Positions 36,238-49,817 are shown, counted from the whole stretch's first letter. The stretch is DNA of 61,436 nt, filler included, from Pirum gemmata (GCA_002812295.1; 20 parts of 20 records of this genome joined end to end with filler, not necessarily neighbours in it), one strand, 5' to 3'. Notes: a model not told the origin generated them from the sequence alone. Translations and numbers: made by a program.

Positions 36238-37588
36238 ATTTTTTTTTTTTTATATGATATCATATTATGCATATGATATAAAACTGTAGAAATCATTTTA
36301 GAAATGTTAACTAGCCAAATTATTTTTAAAAACTAACCATTTATTCATAATAGTTAAAAAACTTCTCAATAATTTGGTAGTACTTTCAATAAAATTGGAT
36401 TATTTTGAGATTATTTTGGATTTTTGAGCTCATATGGCAGATGTCGCCATTCTTATTCAGCTTGGNNNNNNNNNNNNNNNNNNNNNNNNNNNNNNNNNNN
36501 NNNNNNNNNNNNNNNNNNNNNNNNNNNNNNNNNNNNNNNNNNNNNNNNNNNCACTCTTATTCATACCTATTTTTTTTTTCACTTTATATTAGAAAAAAAT
36601 AAAATAATTAAATAATATTTATTACAAATGAATACGTTGTTTGAAAATAATTAATTTTGTTGATTTTCGAACCTATTTAATGAATATGTTTGAAATTAAT
36701 TGGTTTATTTTGTTGATTTTCGAACATATTTAATGAATATGTTTGAAATTATTTTAACCTTATTTTGTAAATTTTAAATCTTTCGCTTAATTATTTCAAG
36801 ACGCATTTTTTTAATTATTTCAGGACGCATTTTTTTTTTCGCTTTATTCGCTTAATGGTAATATAACCTTAATTTTTCGCTTAATAATTATAACCTTTTT
36901 ATATTTTCGCTAAATAAAATTTTGTTTTTTCGCTTAATTATTTCAGGACGCATTTTTTAATTATTTTAAGACGCATTTTATTTTATTTTCGCTTTACTAA
37001 ATGTTTGTAATCTTTCGATTAATTATGTCAGGACGCGTTTTTTAATTATTTCAGGACGTATTTTTTATATCATATNNNNNNNNNNNNNNNNNNNNNNNNN
37101 NNNNNNNNNNNNNNNNNNNTTAATTAATTAANNNNNNNNNNNNNNNNNNNNNNNNNNNNNNNNNNNNNNNNNNNNTAATAATAATATATAATAATAATGA
37201 TAATAATAATAATATACATATATGTATGTATGTGTATACAGCTATCATAATATAGCTAAGTTCATAGCTCTCTGTGTTGTTAGAATAATATATCATAATA
37301 ATATTATGGTGCACACAACCTAGAAACAACCATTTTTTCAATTTTTTCCCCAAAACCCAAAAGGATATAAAAATATATAAGCTTTTAATATAGGAATATG
37401 ACCATATTCGATAATTATGTTCACCAAATTAAGCAATTACCAAATTAAATTAAGTAATAAAGTAATATTTATTACTAAATTAAGTAACTTACCAGCATTT
37501 TCCCTTTATATGGTTCCTTTTAAAGTCACATTAAAATTTTAGTAATATACTATATACTTTCTTAAGTTAGTAAGTGTTTATTGTTCTC

Positions 37589-37967
37589 TTAATTAAAATA
37601 ATTATAATTATTAGGGTTTTCCTTTTTGTATTCACTTTTTATTTTATTCATTGTTGTTGACATTAAACCATCAGGGATTCTACGGTGACTCTTATATTCT
37701 TTAGTAGCGTAGCTAGCAAGAATATAATCATAGCCATCATGGTAATAATATGCGTTTGTGAACCATTTTCGAATAATTTTAACATCACATCTGCCCATAG
37801 ACTACATCGTGGTATAACTTTTACCAAACTACTAAACTTGTAGTCACAATGAGCTCTGGTATAGCGTTTTGAAAATTCCCACAACTTCTCAATATTAATA
37901 GGATTAAATTCACAGTGAAATTAGGTTAAAAATAAGCACACATGTTCAGCCTCCTCAATTTTCTCCA
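37589..37967 (-). pseudogene. Decayed IS630/Tc1/mariner-superfamily transposase C-terminus
   Basis: Across frameshifts: H.CLFL..FHCEFNPI..EKLW..SKRYTRAHCDYKF..L...IP ... IRKWF..AY.Y.DGY ... YATKEYKSHRRIP, matching the FLPKFHCELNPIE..W...KRY.R..CDY...KKYKSHRRI transposase pattern. Confidence 0.85.
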
Positions 37968-38505
37968 TTTTATTATAATAAATGATGACAAAACAACTGA
38001 AAAGCATGATATCCCAAAGAATGGATATTTCTAGGTTGTTTGTACTATATGATAGCTGTAGTTAGTTTCTCCATTTTACTATAATAAAAATGATGACAAA
38101 ACAACTGAAAAGTATGATATCTCAAAGAATGGATATTTCTAGGTTGTTTGCACCATATGGTATTAATAGCTGTAGTTAGTTTCTCAATTTGTAAACCTCC
38201 CATGTAAGAATACCCTAATTTTATAATTGGAATTCCAATTGATTCTGTAACAATAGAGTCGTCAATTACTTTCCTTACTTGAAATGTTAATTGACTACTA
38301 TCAATACCTAAAGCTTTAATTTGAAGAAAAAATGTAAGTCACCATGATCCCAAAGAATGGATATTTCTAGGTTGTTTGTACCATATGATAGCTGTAGTTA
38401 GTTTCTCCATTTTATTATAATAATGACAAAACAATTGAAAAGCATGATATCCCAAAGAATGGATATTTCTAGGTTGTTTGCACCATTATGATGGCTGTAG
38501 TTAGA
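37960..38505 (+). repeat. Local multiplication of a ~115-bp unit fused to a MITE A end
   Basis: aaagaatggatatttctaggttgtttg at ~38015, 38124, 38352 and 38454; three copies are preceded by acaa(c/t)tgaaaag(c/t)atgat. Confidence 0.75.
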
Positions 38506-38529
38506 ATTTAGCTAGTAGAGACAATTATA

Positions 38530-38760
38530 AGTAGGGGTGAGATGACGTCATTTTATTATTACCGAACATCTGCCGGAACTTTTCCGATTTTATTGTTTTA
38601 TTACTATTAATGTTAATATTACTACTTTAATTGGTATCTATTATATTAGATTTACTATTTTAAGCTATTTAACTGCTATTATTAGCAAGAAACACGGAAC
38701 TAAGGTTGGCTCGATAAGCTTCTGTTCGAAAAAAGTTCCAGTAGATATCTCACCCCTACT
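38530..38760 (+). mobile_element. MITE family E copy
   Basis: 14-bp perfect TIR AGTAGGGGTGAGAT/ATCTCACCCCTACT. Confidence 0.82.
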
Positions 38761-40894
38761 CAATTATACTAGCTACTAGCTAGAGTCGGCTGTTATCATA
38801 CTATCTACTAGCTAGCTATAATATCGATACTATCGATAAGTAACTAGACTGTCTAGACTCTAGAGTCTAGAGTCTAGACAGCAGTGCAATTTTTTTTAAT
38901 TTTTTTTAGCCAATGAAAATATTCATTAAAGAATCCACTAATGGTCCAAATAATATTGAGTTACGATAGTATCCAATCATTAATTACCTTTCGGTCCTTG
39001 AAGAACATTTCGTCGATTTCGAATTGTTAATTTCTTATTTTGGAAATGAATAAAGTTTATTACTTAATTAAGAAATATAGGTAATAGATAAAATAAAATC
39101 AAAGATAAAAATCTCTATCATAGGAGTCTCAAGGATAAAATCTTTTTTTAAATAAACTAGAATCTTTGAAAGGTATTGTTGCTGCTGTTGTTGTTATTGT
39201 CTTAATTTATGTACAAACAATACAAACAATACAAACAATACAAACAATACAAACAATACAAACAATACAAACAATACAAACAATACAAACAATGCAAACA
39301 ATACAAACAAGACAAAAAATAGTAACAATAAACACAATACAAAATACAAATAATACAAACGATATACAACTGCACGCAATACAGACAATACAAACAATAT
39401 TTTTATTTTAATACACACAATTATTAATATGAAATAATACAAACAATACAAACAATAATGCAAGCAATATAAACAGTATAAAAACAATACATTTAATACA
39501 AACAATATTAATACAAACAATACAAACAATACAAACAATACAAACAATACAAACAATACAAGTTAATACAGTACAAACAATATTTAATACAAACAATACA
39601 AACAATATAATTATTATTAATATAAAAAAACAATACAAAGAATACAAACAATACATATAAATAATGCAAGCAAATTAAGATACATAGCTACATATTATAT
39701 AATTATTATATCGCAATACAATATTATTATTGATGTTATAATATTATAATAATTATTTTAATTAATAAACAAATTTCTGTTAAAAATCTCATTGTGAACG
39801 GAAATCCTATACTCATAAATTCATACAAAGAAGACGACGAGATTGATAAATCAAAAGTACTCAATCGAAATTGGGTTTATAGTATACTTTATATACACGC
39901 AGATATTATGTAGCCAGAAATACTGGTCTTTAGAAATATTTTTTAATTTTTAGATTATATTATAATATTATTCAAGGACTTCAAAAAAAAAACAGGACTG
40001 AGGGGCTTTTCCCTGCGCTTTTTACGGTGAAGTAGAAAAAAGGTAAAAAAATGCCAGTTCCCCCTGACTAAAGCTAGCCTTATTTTGACTTGGTTTTTTT
40101 TTTCCTAAACGTTCACACAGGNNNNNNNNNNNNNNNNNNNNNNNNNNNNNNNNNNNNNNNNNNNNTTAATTAATTAANNNNNNNNNNNNNNNNNNNNNNN
40201 NNNNNNNNNNNNNNNNNNNNNGCTTTTTCTTTTTCAGTTTTCTTTTTGTAAACTTTTTGTATCACAGTCCACTCCCAATATTTATTTGGTTGGTTATAAT
40301 ATTTTCACAGGCACAAACACTCATAGACCAAGGGAGCATTCAAATAATAAGTCACGTCAAGGGGTAGGTAGGTAGGCGGTATTTAACCGGAAATTAACGT
40401 CAAGAGGTAGGTAGGTAGAGGTATTTGAAGCTATATTTCTAAGCTAGTAGTATAGACTAGTGCTTTTCATTTATTTTGCCACTTCGAATATTTATTTGGT
40501 TGGTTATAATATTTATATTGTCATTTTTAAATAAATAAAGATAATAAATGGTGCCGAATTATTATTATTCAGACATGTTTTGATTAATTTGGTATTTTTT
40601 ACATAATATTTTATTTTATAAAAAAGTTCAATTATACACTTAAACGGTACCAAATTAAAGATTGAGAAGACTTATCAGTAGATGTTGACGATAGGATTTT
40701 TTTTTTAGGGCGACTTCAAAATTTCTCTCATTATTTTTCTTGTTGCTTTTATATATATCATAATGATTATAATAATAATAATAATAATAATAATAGTAAT
40801 AGTTAAAATAGTTATAATAGTACTAGTAATAGTAATAATAATAATAATGATAATAGTTGTAGTAATTAATAGCAATGGTAATAGTAATAATGAT

Positions 40895-40928
<34 letters not shown>

Positions 40929-41172
40929 GTTAAAATAGTTATAATAGTAATAGTAATAATAATAATAATAATAATAGTTGTAGTAATTAATAGTAATAGT
41001 AATAGTATTAGTTTTAGACATAGTAATAGTTATAGTAATAGTAATATTAATAGTAATAGTTTTAGTAATAGTAATAGTAATAATTATATTATATAGCAAA
41101 AGTTAAATTATAGTTATAGTAATAGTAGTAATAGCAAAAGTAATTATTTTTCTTGTTGCTTATAATAATGAT

Positions 41173-41221
<49 letters not shown>

Positions 41222-41556
41222 GTTAAAATAGTTATAATAGTAATAGTAATAGTAATAATAATAATACTAGTTGTAGTAATTAATAGCAATAGTAATAGTA
41301 ATAGTTTTAGACATAGTAATAGTTATAGTAATAGTAATGTTAATAGTAATAGTTTTAGTAATAGTAATAGTAATAGTTATATTAAAAAGAAATAGTTATA
41401 TTATAGTTATAGTAATAGTAGTAATAGCAAAAGTAATAATAATAATAGTATTCTTATTATAATATTATCATTATTATAATGTAATATTATTAATTACTTT
41501 TTAATGAGCTAAAAACTATTTTTTGAAGTATACAATATTATAATAATTTAAATTAT

Positions 41557-41672
41557 AACCCTAACCCTAAGAGTCCTAACCCTAACCCTAACCCTAACCC
41601 TAACCCTAACCCTAACCCTAACCCTAACCCTAACCCTAACCCTAACCCTAACCCTAACCCTAACCCTAACCC
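41557..41672 (-). repeat. Interstitial (CCCTAA)n array
   Basis: Internal to the contig, with non-telomeric flanks on both sides. Confidence 0.92.
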
Positions 41673-42512
41673 ATATATTACTCTAACGATTATAATGGTT
41701 ATTACTTTATTATGGAGAACTAACCTCAATCCATTTTCTTTATTAAAAAAAAAAAGCGTTTTTGTTGCTGTGGTGGTAGTGGTGTTGGTTGTCGTTATTA
41801 TTATTATCATTAGTATCATTATTTTATAATCATATGTTTTTGTTATAATTATATATATTGTGGTTGAACATTTTTATAATTTATCATCTCATCATCATCA
41901 TTACCATTAATATTATTATTATTATCATTATTATTATTATGTTTTTATAATTATATTGTTGTTGAAGATTTAATAATAATAATATTAATTAATTATAATT
42001 AATTTATTACTTAAAACTTATCATCATATCATCATCATTACTATTATTATTATCATTATCATTATTATTATAATTGTTTTTTGGCCTTTTTTTTTATTGT
42101 TATTGTTATTTTTTGTTATTGTTAATTTTGTGATTGTTCTTGGTATTGGTATTTTTATTGTTATTGTTATTGTTATTGTTATTGTTATTGTTATTGTTAT
42201 TGTTATTGTTATTGTTATTGTTATTGTTATTGTTATTGTTATTGTTATTGTTATTGTTATTGNNNNNNNNNNNNNNNNNNNNNNNNNNNNNNNNNNNNNN
42301 NNNNNNNNNNNNNNNNNNNNNNNNNNNNNNNNNNNNNTGTTTTTGTTATTGTTATTGTTATTGTTATTGTTATTGTTATTGTTATTGTTATTGTTATTGT
42401 TATTGTTATTGTTATTGTTAGTTATTGTTATTGTAATTGTTATTGTTATTGATTAAATAATATAATAATATTTATTATAATTAATTAATTACTTAATTAA
42501 ATTAAATATAAT

Positions 42513-42765
42513 TTATCCTTCAAGGTAAAGGCAAGAATCACCAAAATAATTTCCATCAGGAAATAATTCATGAATAGTTTCTTCAACAATCAACATCAAT
42601 TTTAACTTTTCTTTTTCACTCATATTCCTTATATCGTCACTGCAACAACGCCTTGGTATTCGACAATAATCTTCATTACGAAAAGTTTCACCAATAGTAA
42701 CTACTTCTTTAAAACTAATAGTTGTACTCATTTGTAAACTAATATTTGATTTTGATTTATATGGG

Positions 42766-42828
<63 letters not shown>

Positions 42829-43010
42829 AATGGTTGTCTTAGTGAGGATTTCATGGGTTTGGCATTAGGTTTAGGTAGAGGTCGCAAAGCTCGTTTAAAA
42901 TAAACATTTTCATTATGACCCAGGGCCAAACTTGTTGGTAAGGAATCTGGACGTTTTTTTCCAAATTTTGAACTAATAGAAAATCTCTTATTGCTTGGAT
43001 TGTAGTTTGG

Positions 43011-43046
<36 letters not shown>
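42513..43046 (-). CDS. 3' part of a poly-N/poly-Q protein with a putative PP1-docking module (Phactr/neurabin/Bni4-like)
   Basis: Frame is open to the contig edge. KSSLR (SILK-like) is followed by TISFKEVVTIGETFRNEDYCR, resembling the extended RVxF...T.S.EDYDR PP1-binding signature. Stop TAA at 42513. Confidence 0.55.
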
Positions 43047-43049
<3 letters not shown>

Positions 43050-44950
43050 GCAAATTATCTCAAAAANNNNNNNNNNNNNNNNNNNNNNNNNNNNNNNNNN
43101 NNNNNNNNNNTTAATTAATTAANNNNNNNNNNNNNNNNNNNNNNNNNNNNNNNNNNNNNNNNNNNNTTATTTAACAATGTCAATTAAAAAATTATAACCA
43201 ACCAAATAAATATTCGGAATGACAAAATAAATGAAAAGCGCTATACATTATAAATATATTATTATGATACAAAGATGTAAAAAATGAAAACAAAGTAGAA
43301 TAATTACATAGACCTGGATAAATTGCAAATATCATAATATTATTCCATCTAATTATTGATATTAGATAGTAATCTAATATTATTGCACCACATTATTATT
43401 ATTTATTATATAGTTCTATTTTAAATTCTAATTAAAATATTAATTAATATAAAATATTTATTTTTTAATAGTTTTTGAAAAATGAACATCTGAAATGAAA
43501 TGTATTGTACGTATAGTATATATAAGAGTTGGCTAGAGTTAGGGTTAGGAAACTGTTAAGGACTGTTATTAGGGTTACAGTGTGGGACTGTGGGGGTCAG
43601 AGTTAGATTTAGGGCAATTAGAAAGTTGGTTATTGCTGCTATCAATCATATCTTTTACTGTATAATGAATGTAAATAAATTTTAATTAATGGCAAATTAT
43701 TCAGTCCCAATAATATTTTATTTTTAAAAGCCCTATGGTAGCTATTAACTATGATAGTATTATAATAATTTATTGTCATGTTTTTAAAATTAAAAAGACT
43801 ATATATTATATATTATCAGTCTTGGTAATTTTAGTTTATTTTATAGTTACTTTATTATTGATCATTATGATAATCCAGAAGCGAAGATAAGGCTAGCTAG
43901 TAAGATGAGGGTGGGGACTTGGTCAGTCTACACATTATCGATATATATTATTTTAAATATAGATACTGGTATATAATAATATAGGGTCTATTCGCTGTCT
44001 ACAGTCTATTCTCCTACTAGCTCTAGGTCTATTCTCTATTATTATTATTATTATTTGTATTTTATCATAGTAGATTAACAGATTAGCTACTAGTAGACTA
44101 ATATTACCCGGTTCCAGGTTTGAGTGGGTTCGAGTGTTCGGAACTGTGTTCCAGCACTCTTCAACACACTTCACTATAAAATATTCGGAAACCGCGATCG
44201 TAACCCCACAAACAGCAAAAAGCACAAAATACTCACAAAATGCAACAAAAAAACAAAAAAACTGAAATTATTTTTAAAAAACCCAAAGAAAAACTAGCAA
44301 GGAAATAATAGTAAGGAAATTTAAAAAAAAAAAAAAAATGGAAAACTGTAGTAAAACACTACTAGTAAAACAGGTAGTAAAAGGTAGTAAAACTGTGTAC
44401 AAATTTTTCTGCAAATTTTTTTATATCATAAAAAAATAAAAATAAAAATATAAATTTTGGTTAAAAAGTAGCTTGAATCAACAAATCAAAAACTGTCATC
44501 TCAGTAAATTTTATGCCTTTTGATTTGCTTTAAACGCATTATTTTCAAAAAAGGAAAAACTACTTTATAAAGTACGTTCATGTCCTCTCAACTGTTACCC
44601 ATAAAATTTCACCCAAACCTCGTTTTGGAAATCTTTGTTCAAGAATGTACAGCAGAACTACCCATTGCCCAAGGCAGAACTACTAGTAGTTAGTAGTTAG
44701 TCTAGCTTAGCTATGATACTACTATCAGTGATAGCTAGCTAGCTAGCTAGTAGCTGGAGTCTAACTACAGTTAGGCTGTCAGTAGCTCTAGCTAGACTAC
44801 TATCATAGCTAGCTAGCTTTAAAAAACAGTACCCTGCCCAGGGTTTGACCAGGGTCTAGCTAGCTAGCTAGCTAGTAGTGTAGAAAGCTAGCTAGCTAGT
44901 AGTATATTAGCTAAGCTAGCTATAGGTACTAGCTAGCTAGCTAGCTAGAC

Positions 44951-45510
44951 TAACCCTAACCCTAACCCTAACCCTAAAACCCTACTACTAGCTAGCTAGC
45001 TAGCTGGTGAAGAGTATCATAGCTTGTGTCTATTTAGCACCGGTACAAATATGACCCTAACCCTAACCCTAACCCTAACCCTATAACCCTAACCCTAACC
45101 CTAACCCTATAACCCTAACCCTAACCCTAACCCTAACCCTAACCCTAACCCTAACCCTAACCCTAACCCTAAAGTCCTATGATAGCTAGCTAGGAATAGG
45201 AATCAAGTCTAACTAAAGAGCTCTACTAACTAGAGTAACTAGCCTAACAGCTAGCTATCGATACACAAATATCTAACACAAATATCATCATAGAGTATTT
45301 ATCTAGCTAGTAGTAGCTAGGAGTATTCATACTAGCTGGCTAGTAGCTAGCCATGATAGTCTACTACTATCATAGCTAGCTAGCTAGAGTAGGACTAGCT
45401 AGTAGCTAGCTAGATTACATTTTTAGGGTTAGGGTTAGGGTTAGGGTTAGGGGTTAGGGGTTAGGGGTTAGGGTTAGGGGTTAGGGGTTAGGGTTAGGGT
45501 TAGGGTTAGT
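44951..45510. repeat. (CCCTAA)n - TAG/CTA-rich spacer - (TTAGGG)n
   Basis: C-strand arrays at 44951-45172, G-strand array at 45423-45510. Confidence 0.9.
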
Positions 45511-46472
45511 AGAGGGGTAGGGTAGTAGGGTTGAGGGTGAGAATAATATTTTTATAGCGGGAATATGGGTTGTATAAGAAATGACGTCATATTATTATTG
45601 ACCATTTTGGAAGTAATCTTTTTGTTTCAAATCATGTTTACTTTGAGAGGTGCAAATTTTATTGTTTTCTTATTATATATAAATGACTACAAATGCGATT
45701 TTCGCCCCTTCATTATGGTTAGAACTTTTTTATTTTAAAAAAATTTTTATTTTATTTTTTATTTTTTTAAAAGTAGACTAGAAGTGTTTTTTGTTATTAT
45801 ATAATAATATTATGATATTGTTTATTGTTTATTGTTTATTGTTATTGTGATTGTGGTTGTGGTTGTGGTTGTGATTGTTATTGTGATTGTGATTGTAATT
45901 GTGAGTGTGAGTGTGATTTGATTGTGATTGTGATTTTGTGATTGTGATTGTGATTGTGATTGTGATTTTGATTGTATTTTGTGAGTTGTATGTAATAAAA
46001 AGTTAACCTTTTTGCTCCCAAGTATTTGTTTGTTTTATTTCTTTTTTATTTAACTTTATTCTTTTTATTCTTTTTTATTTTTGATGTGTTATTAACAAGC
46101 AACATCATACTTTTCATAATATAATAATAATAATAANNNNNNNNNNNNNNNNNNNNNNNNNNNNNNNNNNNNNNNNNNNNTTAATTAATTAANNNNNNNN
46201 NNNNNNNNNNNNNNNNNNNNNNNNNNNNNNNNNNNNTAGGTTTTGAGACTCCGCTCTAAACCAAGGAGCCACATTTACCCCTGTTTACTGTTATTATAGT
46301 ATAAATAATTATTAGTTGCCTGTTGTTTGTTAGTGTTGTTGTTTCTAAAGAATCTATGATAGACTACAATATTAGACTAATTATTTATACTAGCTAGAGT
46401 AGTGCTACTAGAGTCTAGCTAGAGTATTTGCGAAGTATTTGCGACTAGGTAGGGGTAGAATGGTAGAATGTA

Positions 46473-46670
46473 GGGGTCTATTTGCAATTATTTGCAAACA
46501 GTTTGCAAACCGAGAGGAAATATGACCAAAACATTTTGGTCATAGTTTTAAAGTTCATTTTAATAATTAATTACTGCCTAAAACAGTTCAAGTCACATTT
46601 TCGAGCAATGACTTCTATCAAAGAATAAGTGACGTTCTATATATAAATAAAATTTATCGAAATAGACCCC
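46473..46670. mobile_element. Putative MITE with GGGGTCTATTT termini
   Basis: 11-bp perfect TIR; only one copy in the window. Confidence 0.45.
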
Positions 46671-47744
46671 CCTTGTATCATAATTATCATTATCATATCG
46701 ATACCTTGTTGGAGTCTTGCTGTTTCTTTCTAAAGAAAGGGTGTGTTTATAAAACATAATAATGACAATGACATCATCCAGTAAAATAATTTAAGAAAGT
46801 TAGCGTAATATTACGTCATTGTATTCTGACGTAACATTACGTAATATTACGTAATGTTAGGTAAGGGTTTTCTTCTAGCTAACTAGTATGATAATATTTC
46901 AAATGTTAAAATTTTTTTTTTAATGATGCTGGGGGGAATATATAAAATAATAATATTAATTAATGTCAATAAAGATAATAGTAATTAATATATGTAATAA
47001 TAATAATAATAAAAATAACCATAATTTATAATAATATTAATAATAATAATAATTATGATCATGATTATTAATTCATTATCATAATACTAATAATACTCAT
47101 AATAATCAATGCATAATAAAATGAAAATAATAATGTTCGCAAGAAAAGTCTTACAATTGCTGTCCATCGTTGACTGCACGCAGTACACATACATACCTTA
47201 ATAATTTACGATACAAATTTATTTTCAAGTATTTATTTAAATTTTAAATAAATAACAATATTAATACTAATTTTAATTAAAATGTTATATATGGTACTGA
47301 ATGATGTTAACTTTAACTATCATACTATGTAATTATAGTTAAAGTTAACATCATACAATATACGTACCATGTCATAGTTCTTTATTTATACAACAAATAC
47401 AAAACATTAATATATTGTGCTTTAGTTGTTCTATTACAGCTTTTGCTAATTAACTTGGTCTTGTAAACCTTTTACTTCACTCTTTTCTAAAGAAATATTC
47501 TCTATATATTTTATTAATAGTATTTTTTGATATTGTACTATAATATATATAGTTAATTGCTATTTTTAATTCAATCACTATTAATTAAATTCACAATTAT
47601 TTTTAATTCAATCACTATTAATTAAAATCACTATTACTATTATAATCTTATGATTGTCACTATTGCTATTACTATTAAACTATTATTATTACTAAATATT
47701 ATTATTATTATATTTATTGATCTCTCGATATATAAGCAATTTGA

Positions 47745-48845
47745 TTAATTTCGGTTTAAATATAAATTCAAGGCTTCTTTCCTTTGTGCTCTGGTTAAGC
47801 CATGATTTTCATTGGCAAATTGACCGTAGGAAAGGAATGCTAGGGCTCGTTGTTCTTCGCTTAATAATGACATTGGTTTATTTTGATTTTCAATATGTTC
47901 TTTTTGGATGGTTTCCGACGCTTTCTGTGTAACATTAATCAAATTATGCATGTCTGTGAAACTTAATCCTTTTTGTTTTTTCGATGTAAAAAATACCATG
48001 ACAGCCATGACTTTATCGTCTTTAGTAACTGGAACCCCAAATGCTGTTTGTACACCTTTGTTCTTATAGTTCTGGCTTTCACTTTCAACGTCGAGGCATA
48101 CACATCTAAAATGCCACAAAAGTGGTGATTAGCAATTATTATTAATTGATTGATGGTGGGTGTGGAGGGAGGGTGGGGGTATTAATTAATTAACTGTGGG
48201 GGGTAGGTTTAGGATTTGGATTGCAGTTGAAAGTTTAGTATTTGGTGCGAGTTAGTTTAGTATTTGGTGCGAGTTAGAAGTTGTTTAGGTAAGGTAATGT
48301 TGGTTGGGGTGAGATAATAAATAAATATAATTATACATTATTGTTTAGTTTATGTTACAAATATATTATTATATATTTAATATTATAATTAATTAATTAA
48401 CTGTGGGAGGTAGGTTTAGGATTTGGGTTGGAGTTGAAAGTTTAGTAGTTGGTGTGAGTTAAGAGTTGTTTAGGTAAATTGGTTGGGGTCAGAATTTGGT
48501 TAGATATATATAATTATTATTGTTTAGTTTATGTTACAAATATATATATAATAGTTCTTTTTTATTTACAAAAACCTTACTCTAATGAATTGGATACCGC
48601 ACTCACAACATGGCTTGATATTTCGTGTTTGTTAGCTTCTTTTTCTTCATTTAATTTCAAATCAGGAAAAGATAATTTATATTCATCAGCAGCGAATAAA
48701 TCATCTAAATAGTATTCTGCTTCTGTTTCTTTGTTTTCTTTTTTATAGTTGAAATGTTCATATTCATTTTCATTATTATTAATCCATAATTCACCAATTT
48801 CCCACTCCATTGATTTACAAGCCTCTTGTAACAGTAAAGTCATTC
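47745..48845 (-). CDS. GAF-like domain protein, last two exons 48845-48581 and 48105-47745
   Basis: Donor GA|gtaagg and acceptor tttag|A (branch gctaat) join in frame: LLQEACKSMEWEIGELW...VVSAVSNSLECVCLD...GVQTAFGVPVTKDDKVMAVMVFF, a GAF/NLP-GAF-like pattern. Confidence 0.7.
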
Positions 48846-49279
48846 CTTTTAAAATTTATTTTATAACTAGTGTAATATTATTATGTAGTAGTAGTAGTAT
48901 TGTTATGGTATACATGTATTATATTATATTCCACTTGTCTTATAAAATTAATTAATATAATATTATTTGTTGTGGTTGTTTTTCGTGGTGGTAATCGTTG
49001 TGGTGAAAATTAATGTTGTTATTGCTCCTATTATTGTTTTTGTTGTTGAAGTCGAGGTTAATGCTATTGTTGTTTTTAAAAAAGTAGATTACGAGGTTGA
49101 GATTAATTAAAAAGATTAAGATTAAGGTTAAAAGGTTAAGGTTAAGGTTAAGGTTAAGGTTAANNNNNNNNNNNNNNNNNNNNNNNNNNNNNNNNNNNNN
49201 NNNNNNNTTAATTAATTAANNNNNNNNNNNNNNNNNNNNNNNNNNNNNNNNNNNNNNNNNNNNATAATAATAATAATAG

Positions 49280-49782
49280 GTATACTCGATATATTAATTG
49301 AATACGGAACAGCAAAATTCCTAGAAAGACAATATAAAAGAATAATAGTGGATCCAATCGCTGGTCAAGAATCGGCCGTAGTCCATCCACAGTATTATGC
49401 TAAACGCATTAACACATTTTTATTTATTAAAGTTTTCACAGATTACACCTCATCGCAACAACAACAACAACAACAACAACAACTATTGCTACAAGAACAA
49501 CAACTATTGCTACAAGAACAACAACTATTGCTACAAGAACAACAAGAACAACAAGAACAACAAGAACAAGAACAAGGCGTTGATAACCCGTTTGTTAATC
49601 CTTTAATTTTTGAAGGAGAAGAAGCACAACTAATTTCCTACGAGGATGTTTCAGTTGGTAACACTGGCTACCCTTTTCAACCAGAACAACACAATTTTTA
49701 CATGAACCAATACTTTAGGCATTTAGATAATGTTGAACCAGACCATTTTTACAACCATTTAGACGATGAAGTAACTTATTAA
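49280..49782 (+). CDS. Last exon of a phosphatidylinositol-phosphate kinase (PIP5K/PIPK family)
   Basis: Acceptor aatag|49280. GILDILIEYGTAKFLERQYK (cf. GIIDILQ.Y...KK.EH..K) and AVVHPQYYAKRINTFL...VF (cf. V.P..YA.RF..F), followed by a Q/E-rich tail. Confidence 0.8.
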
Positions 49783-49817
49783 TTAATATCAAAATTAAAT
49801 TGTTTTTATCATAATCA

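Noticed and set aside
33521..36465. Near-identical ~270-bp direct repeats (33521-33787 and 36186-36465) suggesting LTRs
   Set aside because: No TG...CA ends, primer-binding site or gag/pol. One copy starts at the contig edge and the other ends at an N gap in the only oversized scaffold, so a scaffolding or gap-fill duplication of a dispersed repeat (also at ~31130 and 34400) is more likely.
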